DNA from: Gonapodya sp. JEL0774
Lineage: Eukaryota
Reading direction: 5' to 3'
Length of the DNA: 64,000 nt
NCBI GenBank assembly: GCA_027604505.1
Contig: JADIIX010000065.1
Coordinates: 1-64,000, forward strand
Shown: positions 41,446 to 52,927 of the stretch, piece after piece
Position numbering within the stretch: position 1 is the first letter of the stretch
Layout: the number at the start of each line of letters is the position of its first letter
The notes under the pieces: model-generated
Seen by the model: the letters and a program-made list of their open reading frames with translations, nothing else
Databases searched by the model: none
Told to the model about the DNA's origin: nothing
Program-made: the position numbers and the translations under genes

Positions 41446-42196
41446 TCAACCAAAGTGGTAGTCCCACGTCCTCGGTCCGTACACAAACAGGTTGCACCAG
41501 ACAAGTGCGGACAGAGCGAGTGGTCGTGGTTGTCGGGCTTTCAGTGCGGGGTACAGATTGAGAAGAGTGAAGAGGGATGACCACCCTGCAAGAATCATAA
41601 CGCGGAAATTTGGTCAGAATGTGGAAGTTGATGGACAGTCCCACGGCGTCAGTTTGCTCGCTCTAAATATCAAAGTCCTCCTCACACTTCCAGCGACAAT
41701 TTGCTCTTGCTTTCCACCTGCAAGATTCGGTGGCTTCGTCATGAAGTATTGATTCGACTCACCCATCACCATTGACGCTCCACTGCTCGTGTCTCCCTTG
41801 TGCATGACGACCCCACCAGCCGCGAAAGTTATAGCGAACCAAAACGAGGGCAGGAAGCCGAGTGATTGAGCAGGAGGTGGGATTTTCGGAGAGAGCTCGC
41901 TAGCAGCATTGGCGAGCGCTGTGGCATTGAGGAAAACAGGACTAAACCAATTCAGGGCCACGGATGCACGCAAAGAGACTGATGATTCGAGACACGGGAT
42001 ACATGCATGCGATTGCTGCAGCGTATGCGGGTACGGGCGATGCTGAAAGATCCCGGGATCCGCGAGGGAACCAAGACGACACAGGCAACCAGTCAGGGGC
42101 GGGGAGGGTTGTGGAATCGGTCGATCTCGACAAGTCAGAGGTTTTGGAGTCAGTTGCGATGGGCAATCGGGTGGAGGTGACTCCTGACAGTGTCAT
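41446..42196 (-). CDS. Aim19-like small mitochondrial membrane protein, 3 exons
   Basis: Spliced LSASPVPAYAAAIACIPVFL...FLPSFWFAITFAAGGVVMHKGDTSSGASMVMGWSSLFTLLNLYPALKARQPRPLALSALVWCNLFVYG, fitting the Aim19 pattern GxxxxxGDxxxGxxxxxxWS. Confidence 0.7.
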
Positions 42197-42449
42197 GCTT
42201 TTCGAGGTCCAACAGTGTCACCTCAGATCACACACCCATTTGGTTCAGAGTGATATAAATACATTTTAGAGTCTTACGTGTCACCAAGCCAGTGCATGTA
42301 AACGCAATTCCGTACATGATTCAGTACCGCCGTGGTCAGCTACAGAACGAATTAATAGAGCTCATTCTACTCTCGCTGTGTGTCACCACAATTGCGATGT
42401 GTGAACATGTCGTGATGTTTGTGTAAGCAAGGAAAAGTTTCATGAAACT

Positions 42450-43549
42450 TCACAAAAAGTCAGACAAGGTCGCCGCGCCAGTGCCTCGATGATGAATGTC
42501 TCTAATAAGTCGCCAGTCTCTCCAGAACTCTTCCACGAATCCATCTGGAAACGCAACTTTCCCACAATACGTCTTGTGCAACAACCAATCCTCCTTTTGA
42601 CACTCTGCTGAGCAATACAGTATCTTGTGACACTTGCTGCAATTTCGCAGCTTTGCGGTACGTGGGTCCTCCAATCTGTCAATCCACATGGATCGAAAAC
42701 CGGTGCTGCAACCGAAATTCCCGCATGCCAGACCGTCCCCGATTTTCTTGAACTGTTTCCCAATCTCGCGGTCAACCATGCCAATAGCGATGCGCTCCCA
42801 GAGGACTTTAAGACGGGCGTTGCCTTTAGAGTCACGTTTTCGGTTCTCGTAGAGGGACCAAAACGTGGGATCACCCTGGAGTGCTTTGCGGGTTGTTTCG
42901 CGAGCTTCTGAGTCACCCACAACAAGTTGTAAGGAAGGACATCAATGAGCTGAAATTGCAGGTCCGCCAGGCGAGTTTTTTACTGTGGATCAGACGTGAC
43001 GCGGAGAGTGTTGAGCACGGCGGGCCAATACTCGGGGGTGCGGCACAATGCCCGACCAAAGAGGGCCGGTTTGACCACGAGGAGGTAGTGGAGTGGTACG
43101 AAGCCTTGCTCCACCAGTCGGAGGTTCTTAAAAATCTCCTGCTGCGAACCCCCAGATTCCAGTAACTTCCGCGCGCCTGAAGCACCACGGGAAAATTCTT
43201 CGAGATAGGTGTGTACGATTGGGGAGGATACGAGCAGGCAGATAATTTGGAGTGTCCGTAGTTCAGTCATCACTTTGATATTGGGGGCGTCCCTCTGAAG
43301 CTTCTTGGGACCGTCTCCCAGCAGGGTGATGACACGGCCATAAGCTCGTTTGCAATCTGGGCAGGCAGCTCCGTGTGCGAACAAGGCGAGGATTTGCTTG
43401 GGACCTAGAGATCGTAAGGCAGTGAGAATGCTCATGATTTGAATGTTCTGGCCAGATGTGAAAGGCACGGAATCGCCGGGATTCCAGGACGGGTCGTCGA
43501 ACGAGAGAGTCATTTCTGATGTTTGGATTGAAGGTTCCGTGTGTTGCAT
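42450..43549 (-). CDS. MYND zinc-finger protein, possibly disrupted (pseudogene or assembly error)
   Basis: C-terminal CGNFGC...LRNCSKCHKILYCSAECQKEDWLLHKTYC. The upstream 189-aa ORF ends at TAA 42980 with no strong splice junction to the MYND frame. Confidence 0.7.
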
Positions 43550-44399
43550 AATGGGTCCCCATAGGTGTGGGTTAGTTCATTCAAGGAAAGGTTCCGCTCC
43601 TCGTGAGTTCCAAACTAAAATGAAAACTTAACGATGATTTTGATTGGACAGAAGACGAAAAACGCATCCGACACTATCTCATATCTTTGTTCTGAATTCT
43701 AGTGTCCGTGATTACTTCGGTGCAGGTCTGACAATCATCGATTCATTCATACCAAGAACTTAGATGCACGTTTTTGTAACATCAGTGTGATGTTTTGCCA
43801 GAGTTCGGCGCTTGGATCGTTTACAGTTTGTTGTTGATGGCCACTCACCAATCCTCTCACTGTACAGTGGTGAACCCTCGCGGCCCGATCGTTTTGCCTT
43901 CCGCCCCCGCGCTGGGACAAGAACAGGCGGACGTCAAATGGCAGCGTCGGAGTACGGAGTCGATGCGGATGCATTCGGTCTGTTGAAAGCGCCTTGCTGC
44001 GGAAAGCCGATGTCCTTGGACTTCAGGACTTGTTGTGTGTGTGGGCATAAAACGATATCGTCCCAGGAAAGATTGGGCCGCCAGGCAAGATGGCTCGGTT
44101 ATTTTAAGGAGCAAATGGGCTACAAAGATGGGAATCACGCGAGGTTACAGACTGGGTGGGGTGCTTTCGAGGAAATTTGGATGGTTTATTGGTGTTGTGT
44201 TCGAATGGAACGATACTCCGACACCGGACATACAAGAAAAGGGTAGACGTTGGGAGAGATTTGAGAGCCTGAATGGTCGTTTTTTGTGCTTGGATAGGAA
44301 GCGTTAATTGACGGGACAGGAAGGCATGGGTAAAATCCAATATCCCACCACTTGGTTTGGACAACACGCTACCCCTAACTCCACGTATGCTTGGGCGTC

Positions 44400-47300
44400 A
44401 TGGAGCTCAAAGAATACTCAACGGGTTTGACTGGACTCGGCTTGAATTAGGTCCACATACACACGTTCTTTCAACCGTCACCTGCGCTCACGTTAACCAC
44501 TGTGTTCTCTTCGTTTCCCCTTCTACTCCTCACTACAGACTCTGCGAACCCCGCCCCGTCGTCTCGCCGCGTCTCCGTCTCCTCGAGTTCATCGTCCTCG
44601 TCCGGTCAGATAGCATCCTCGTCTCGCCTCCAATCAACCTTGGCGCCCATCGTTCCTCCACGCCCATCTCCTATGGTCTTGGATGAGGCGCTGAGGAACC
44701 ACGACAAGCGACGGCGGGTGTCTCTTACCGGGTCCACTGGCAGCTTGGACGATGTGGAAACGGAGACTGGGGACGGATCAGGGTCGGGCTCGGTTTCAGG
44801 ACGTCGTTTGCACGCACGTGTTGCGTCCACGTCGTCCTCCGCAGCACAGTCGCCAGCGTCCTCACCGGCGTCCAGTCCACGCCTTGGTGCGAGTTCTTCA
44901 GCCGCATCAGCATCGAAGGGATTCCCAACCAAGGGTGATAACGGATCGTCCGTTGCCTCGTCTCCTTCTCGTTCCATCAGATCATTTCCTCCTTCTCTTC
45001 CTGCATCCCTCTCCTCCGTCAGCGGGGCGCTCCCCTCATCACCCACAAATCCACAAATCCTTCTGGGTCACCGCCGCACGTCCCGCTCATCCTCCTCCCG
45101 GGGCTCCAAGAAGCGAGCCTCCATTGATTCTATGTCATCCTCTCTTCCCTCTTCCTCGCCCTTGCAAGCTGACACATCTTCCTCCTGGACCTCTGAGAAC
45201 GAAGTCACTATCCGCCCAGCGGACGCGCTCAAGCTCCGCATGGAGGCTGCGCGCATCGCTCACCAGAGTGATAGTGAGCACGATCACGAGCACGAAAGTG
45301 AAGGAGAGGAACAAGGACGTAAGAACATTGCGGCACTTGCGTCGCTTTGGCAGACTAAGGGCGGTGCTGGAGCTTTAATGTCTGGTGCAGTAAATGGGTC
45401 ACGCTCTGGGTCTGGCTTGGCGCTGGCAGATTTGTTTAAGCAGGCAGTACCGGTAACTCCGGTTACACAGGTGGCGGGACGGGACGTGGAGGATGAGTTC
45501 CTCCAGCATATGATCTCTGGGGGAGTGGCGCGTGAGCGTGACGCAGAAACGCAATCCAATACGGAATCGCAACTTGAGAGCGGATACGGGATTTCCACAA
45601 CCGACGAGCGCACGGCGTCGGGCTCAACCGCCTCAACGGCGAAGGGGGTGGTTGTCGCAGCTCCTCTCGTCGGTCATGTTGGCAGCGCGGAAACGGAAGC
45701 AGTGGATACGGAACCAGGTGACACACCCATAGGTGCGGAATGGCGCGGAGATGCATCAATGTCAATTTCTCGTGAGTACCACCACGACGAGGAGGATCAC
45801 CGAGCCACCGCAGGGCGGCCTGGCCGATTTGTGTCCACGGATTCAACGTCCTCGTCAGTTAATGGTGGAGCCATCCCGGGAGCATGGCGAGATGACCAAG
45901 ACCAAGATTCAGAGCGAGTCTGGCTCCCCGCTTCCCCACAAAACCCACAGAGAGCAGAGCCAGAACCCACCGTTGATTTGCCATCATCACCCCAGTACGC
46001 AAAGGGCGACACTGTCATCCGGAGGCCCTCCACCGCGCCTGGATTACCCCGAGAATGGACCCCTCTCGGCGCGCCACAGGTGCCTGCACTTCTCCCTGGC
46101 CCCGAGCCTGGGGCGATGTCGTTCACGAGGTCGAGGTCCGCTGGCTCAACTGCCTCGATAGTGACTTCTCCAATGGGGGATACCGCCGTCGATCTTACAC
46201 CCCGCTTCTCATCCCCGACATCCCCACTCAAACCATCCATGTCCATTTTGGCTGCTTCGTCCATACCGCACCACCCCTCTCCACTACGATCTCCACTGCC
46301 GCACGCTATTGTCACATCCTCTCCTGCACTCTACCAACCCGATCCTCTCCGTCATGCTCATACGACTGGCCTCGGGCACACTACAAGCGGACATCACTCC
46401 CATCATCACCACCATCACAACCACCATATCCAGGTCCACCCCTCCCATCCGGCCCCTCCTACAACGCCTGGCACACCACCGGTCAGTCCTCGCACGCACA
46501 GGTCCAGCGGAGGATCGGAGAGTCCAGCGAGGCGGAACGCGGGTCCGATGTGGTCAGGGTTGCAGACAGTTACCCCTGCGAGGGCCCATCGGCCGACGCC
46601 TGACGATGGGATCGCCAAAGTTCTGGGTATTGTTGTACCGGCGGACGTTGGCACACACCATCATCATTCGCCTCAACACAGTAGCTCCGGCGGTCCTGTC
46701 TCGGCTGCCGTAGGGATTTCCGCTTCTGGTGCCGGGGTCAACAGGTCTCGGTCACCAAGTGTTGCAAAGTCGCTTTTGTCAACGTCGGTCAGTGCTGCAA
46801 GAGTGTTGCCAGGTGGATTGGATGGAGTAGTACCCATGCATTCCCGGACATCCTCCACTGCGAGCCTTAGCAAGGCCCCGGGTGTTTTTGTTCTGGACAG
46901 AAGATCTTCCGCGACATCCATAACAAGTTCAGGGAAGCATTTATCACCACCAGCTCCACCTTCAGAGCACAACAACGACGACGACGATGATGATGATGAT
47001 GATGATGACGAGGACGAGGACGATGAAGAGGGCGGGAACGGGAGGCGCAGGAGGCGCAAGCGGGTGTCCTCTGATGACGATGACTCTGATGAAGATGACG
47101 ACGAGGAAGACGATGAGGATGAGGACGAACCCGACCCTGGCGAGTCTGCAGACGACCCAACGGGGGCTGCACTTCGTCCAGGTGCTGACGTAGTTATGAA
47201 CATTCTCTCGCCGGGCCACAGCCCGCGATCCCGTCGTGTGTCGAAGGCCAGTTCAACCCAGGATCGGTCACGAGATCCTTCGTGGGAAGCTGACGCGGCA

Positions 47301-49633
47301 CGGAGGACGGTTGCATCCAGTATTGGATCCACGAGTTCGATTCTGAGCAATACAAGCCGGAGAAGCACGGTCAGTGTTGCGAGCGGGGTAAGTGCAGTGA
47401 GCGGGGTGAGCATGGAGAGCAACAAGGACGGTTCGAAGAAGGTGGGTAGAATTTGTGATCAATATTGCTTGTGACTTGAAGCAGTTTAGTTTATATCGGA
47501 ACCGATCCTCCGCCTCCAGATCCAATTCAAAGAACCCCCTCCCAATCCTCGACGCATATCTTTTGCCCACATTCACCCTCCACCCGCACAACAACCACAT
47601 GCCCCCTCGACCAACGTACTAACACTGACACGAGCCCAGCCTGGGGCAAAATTTCCTCAGCAGAGTTTCCAATTTGGGAATTTGAACACCTCACCCATTA
47701 TCACCCCTACTCATTTCTATCCGGAGTCCACCCCGAACCCAGTGTATCATCCAAAACCCCAGACACCAGATGGTGGTAAACAGAATGAGCAAAAGAGTCT
47801 TCACGTACACGTTGTGGCGCCACAGATTAATGCTCACGGCCATGGACATGGGAGCCCGGGCATTCACCACGTACTACTCCATGCTGACAGAGATTCGTCC
47901 AAATCTCCGCTGTCCCCGAAGAAACGGCAGACAGAGAACCTAGATCATGTCGAAGATGACGGAAACTTGCGAAGAACGCCGCCGGGAGCTGCACCGGCAG
48001 CAAGACTGGATAATACAGGTAAAGTCGATGCATCGGAACCTTGAAAGTACTTTATCACAAACCTTGGTTGCTTTGTCCATATGGCAATGTAGAACCAATC
48101 TCCGGGCACGCATATGGCAGAGCAAGCCCAAGCCCTGGACTGGTAAACTCGGAAGCTCTTGTGACACCTGTCACCGTTGAGGCTCAAAAACCTCCTAGTC
48201 CCTCGGTTGCTACCACTTCAATGACACATTCCTTTTTACCGGAGTCAAAGGACGAACCACCGGACAAAGGGGATGCGAGGGTCATTGCTGCTGTTTCCCA
48301 TGGAGATCTCGAAGCGTCGGCACAAGTTCTCGTTGTTGGTGGACCAGTTAAAACTATGGTGGAGTTACATGCTGAGGGCGTGGGGGATGTTCAGTCTTCC
48401 GAACCCGCCGACCTCGAGGTACAAGGAGTAGAAGTTTCATCACACCATTCACATGAGGACTCAACTGTGCTTGTACCGGTTGGAACCAATCTGTCCGATA
48501 TATCAGCCGTTACCGCGAGTGTGGTGACTGACTCTCTTGGTGCCCTAATCACCACTACCAGCTCGAAACAGCAAAGCCCCGAGAATCCGGAGAGTCCTGC
48601 CGAGGTGCCTCAAGTTTCCCTGGCCGTCATTGAGATGGTGCCATCTCAAACAGAGACAGAGCACAATGAAGATCGACCTCGGATAATCTCGGAGGAACCG
48701 GAGACGATGGAGCCCGAAAGCGCCTATGAACCCATACGTACGCCGGTTGATGCCGAGAAAACAGGTAGTTCATCTCTAGTTCTGAAACCGAAACCTCCCC
48801 CTGTTGCAGCGACCACAGAAGTTTTCACGGTCGCTGCCGTTGCGAAACCTTCCGTTGCACAGATGAATCTTGATTCGAGACTACAGAGACTCGCTGGCAG
48901 AACAGGATTGGTGGGACTGAAATCCCGTGAGGTGTCACCGAGCGCAGATAGACACTTCGCAAATGGGACGGTCGCAACTCGATTCCAGCCGATTTCAGAT
49001 GAGCGACCTCAACCAACTCGCGACCGTGCGGCTGCTTCGGATGCTTCGTCCGGGGCAGAGGAATTTCAGGAGGTCAACAGCGGGTTTCCTTCTTCGCGAG
49101 ACCAAGCGGGAGCTAGAGCACAGCAGAGGCAAACGCTGCAGCGATTAGGTTTGTTGGTCACCGACCCATCTCATAGTATGCATCCTCGCAATCAAAACCG
49201 CCTCACGAAGGAATTAGAGCGCGTCGAGCACGAGTGGGGCTCTGTACGTCGATGGGATGATCCGATGATGAGGAGTCTAGAGAGGATTTCAGCCCAAGTT
49301 TCGGGGTCGCCGAGAGTTTCTGAGAGTCCGACTCCGCTTCCGGATATTATGGTAGGCCGCACTGCCAGTAATGAGAGTGGTGGCAGTGGGACGGCCAGGT
49401 CGAGTTCAGGCCATGGAAAGCCTTTAATGCGAACTTTTTCGACACCAGGATCTGGTGTCCCCATCACTGTCACCCAGACTTCTCCGACTGTGGCGGGGAG
49501 TCTGGGCTCTGGAGGTAATGCCGTGTGGCGATGGTTCACTGGTAAGCCTGAACCAAATAGGGTCTCTTCTGGCGAGCACTCAATTCTGGAGTCGAAGAGG
49601 AGCAGTGGTTTGTGGGGTGTGGTTGGCTTGTAA
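44400..49633 (+). CDS. Very large low-complexity protein with C-terminal TORC1 subunit Tco89-like domain
   Basis: Ser/Pro/His/Asp-rich exons. C-terminal ARAQQRQTLQR...NRLTKELERVEHEWGSVRRWDDPMMRSLERI resembles the Tco89 motif (RTQQKLWLQR...EFERISREY.NVRRF.NP...SL.R). Start is either a mini-exon at 44400 or the ATG at 44673. Confidence 0.7.
46977..47127 (+). repeat. GAY/GAR trinucleotide tracts encoding two poly-Asp/Glu runs flanking a basic RRRRRKR stretch
   Basis: Direct reading, including a (GAT)7 core near 46986-47006. Confidence 0.9.
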
Positions 49634-49817
49634 ATCATAAATAGTGGCGAGCATGGGCCACGGCTTGTCGGTGCCACCTCTTATCCATGATGAAAACGTG
49701 TATCTTTGTTCTATATTGTTTACAAATTCGGCAATGAATTGTCAGGTCTACTGTATGCTTGTTCGTGGTGTGGAACAAGCCGAGAATATTGTAAGGACAA
49801 CCTCCAGGACCTTTGTT

Positions 49818-52800
49818 CTACAATTTGGCGCCCATCACCTGGTGGACCTTTGTGGATTGACGAATACCGAGATCAAGCATTATTTCTTCCGATCCGCCAG
49901 GAATTGCTACATTTTGGATGCCACGAGTGCGTGAGGACTCTAACAACGAAGTCTCATGGGCAGCGATGCTTACCGTATGCCCGGACTTCCCGGACAAGAC
50001 GCTCAACCTTTTCGCCTTGCCCTCCCCGAGAATAAGATAGCCCTCCAAAGATCTGAGCCGCCTCCCGTGCGCAGAACTGGTGGGATGATGTCGTTCAGTG
50101 CATACACTTCCAACACCGGGTCGACGTCCACTGTGCTCGTTTCTCATACCTCAAATGTTTGCGTTGCATTCGCCTTCAATAGGGCGACTGGCCCCCCTAT
50201 TCGGATCGCCGCCAGCTGGTGGGGCATATACTGGGTTTGAGCAATCAAGGCCTCCATCCACGAATGGCAAGCCTCAATCTCAGTGAAGAAAAATGAAAGA
50301 TTCATCGAGAGAGCCGAAAAATATTATTGCAAACAAAAAGTACCTTGTGTGCCATGTTAGCCAGCTTAGCTCGAATGACTGGGTGCTCAACGAGCTTCTT
50401 GCCAAACGTCTTGCGCTTTTGAGCATACTTCATTGCCTGAAGAGCGATTGCAGTGCTTCTGCGTCCGAGATTCCGTCAAAAGAACTCAGCAGCTGTCTTA
50501 CCTCTTCGAAGCAAACACGTGAGAATCGGTTGGCCTCAATAACTATGCCCATTCTTTCGTGCGTGAAGTTAGCCTTCGACAAGCGGGGTCAGATAAGCAA
50601 ACTGGGGGAATTCTGAAACACGAACGAGAATATAGAGCTTACCATGATAATTTTGAAGCCCTTGTTAATTTTCCCGATCACATTCTCCACTGGCACTTTG
50701 ACATCCTCTATAAATTTTGGACAACTGTCAGAAAGAGTGTCGCAATCCTTATGCAACATTCTTACACCTACCAAAAGTCACGTAAGCAGTCCCGCTGGCC
50801 CACATTCCCGAGCAATTCATTTGCCTTGTTGTGACCCCCGGGCCGCGCTCGATCAACAATATGGAGACGCCGCCCATTCCTTCACCACCTGAAGAATTGA
50901 GTAGAGTGTTGGGAGAAAAAATTCCTGCCATCCCGCAATATCAGAGGTATCTCACCAGTGCGAACGGCAACGGTGAAGTAGTCGGCAAAAACACCGTTCG
51001 TAATCCTGAGAAGCGAAGACATCGGTTTCGGTAAATGAAGATGTACCAAATGGGAGCGAGATTTGAAACCGCATGATCGCACCACTTCTTCTCTCCATTC
51101 ACAATATAGAACTACGAAAAATAATTGCAATGACAAGGAACCAGTCAGAGAGCTGGAAACTTATGTTTTGTTGTTGAATCTTACCTTTCCATCATCGCTA
51201 AGCTTTGCCGATGTCCGAATGTTGGCTGAAATATCGAAAACAGAGTTGGCACTACGGCAAAGGCGAAATAGTACCCATGAGCAAGTATCGTCGCACCCAC
51301 CTACGTCCGATCCAGCGTACGGCTCTGCAAACATTCAAAGTAGCACCCGTTAACAATATTGCAAGAAGCTAACAGATTCCTTCAGAAAATGTCCGCTCAC
51401 CAGTGATGCATAGACATATGAACTGAGGCAACAGGAGTGAGATCGCCGATACACGGTGAGACCGTTGCAATTACTTACTTTCTCACCCTTGAGCACCTGA
51501 GGAATGACCTTCTTCTTGATTGAATCTTTCGCAAAACCAACAACAGGCGGGAGCCCAATGCCGAGGCCTAAAAGTTAGATGATGAACTCTCGAATTTAAC
51601 CGCAACTGGAGATGATGAAAAAGGCTCACCACCACATAGACCCCAAACAACACCACCGCTCCCAACACGGGAGATTTCGTCGTGAACGATGAGTTCATGG
51701 AAAGCGTCCCAGTCCTTCAACAAGGATGGAGTGTCAGGATGAGCTCGGAAACACGACCGCAGTTGAAATCCCACCTCGTGAGGAATGCCACCTGGTGTAG
51801 GCAGGTTTCGTGCCTCTTCTGGCCAAGGGGCTCCCGCGCACGCTCCGAGGAGACCACTTGAAGGATCTTGGTCACTTTTGGCTCGTGGAGTTGAATCAGA
51901 AATACAAACTTACGCTTGAGCGCACTTCAAGTAAACCTCTTTGGGAATCTTTTTCGCCTCATCCCATTCGTGCACGTAAGCTGTGCAATTGCAAAACCGT
52001 GCAAGATGACGACCTGACGTGATTTAGATAATGAACAGCTCGAGGACCCACGCATAAGCTCCTTCTCCACGAAGGTTCGAGTGGCGGCGCGAACTTTGCG
52101 GTGGGAATCATTGTAGTATGGTGACCAGTAATCTTGGTACCACATTGGACTGGAACATGGTTCAACCGGGAATTGAGCTAAGTGATAAATGGCACGCACG
52201 TACTCCGCAAACGGAACCATGTCCCCAAAAGATTTTCCAATATGAAGAGGACTCTGAGGGCCATCATCCTCTTCTTCTTCTGATTGCGCCACGGTTGCCG
52301 GTCCCGTTATCATCTGATTGGGAGCGCGGGAGTCCCCAATATCGCCAATGTAGAGATCCTTTGAGTACTGCTTCAAAACAACCTCCACATTGTGGAACTG
52401 TGCAAATTGCTTGGACGCGTCCTAGAAGTACATGTGATAACGATACATACCAAATTCATAAGCTTGGGGACTAAGAATCGGCGAACACAAGGAACACAAC
52501 ACACCGTGCCAGCAACGCGGACAAGGATTTTTTTCCCACCAGGATGGCTGCCTAAAAATTTTGTGATGTCATAAACCTGTCGCAGGGTGCGGGAGATTCA
52601 AAATCAATTGGACGAGAGGAGCGGCGTTGACATCTTCAGTGGCACATTGAGCCAGCCGAGAGCGCTCACTTTGTTGTCAACGATAATCCAGCAATCTGCC
52701 TCTGTATTGTGCTGTCAGATGGATGCCCCCGAGACCGAGAACGACAAAGGAGACCTGATGAATACGCTGGTGCGCCAAATCACTGGAAGCGTTGATGAAC

Positions 52801-52858
52801 TCACGCGAGCGACTTCCTCCACCGTGAAGAGATGGATGTTTCCTTGCTGCGTTGCCAT
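49818..52858 (-). CDS. Cytochrome b5 - acyl-CoA dehydrogenase fusion protein, many introns
   Basis: b5 domain [36 protein letters not shown]. ACAD motifs WDAFHELIVHDEISR, EPYAGSDV, ITNGVFADYFTVAVRT, KRKTFGKKLVEHPVIRAKLA and AIPGGSEEIMLDLGIRQ. C-terminus GAKL. Confidence 0.92.
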
Positions 52859-52927
52859 GTCTCGAGAAATGGGTTTGGAACACGTGAAATAGAAATCTAT
52901 AAACAGGCCAAGATCGCAGGCGGTTAA

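Noticed and set aside
43837..44307. Possible selenoprotein: ...SVC-TGA followed by a long in-frame open stretch (some early fungi use Sec)
   Set aside because: No resemblance to known selenoprotein motifs and no canonical SECIS core downstream.
44606..47425. Long antisense ORFs opposite the Tco89-like gene (and similar ones opposite other genes)
   Set aside because: Shadow frames of GC-rich low-complexity coding sequence.
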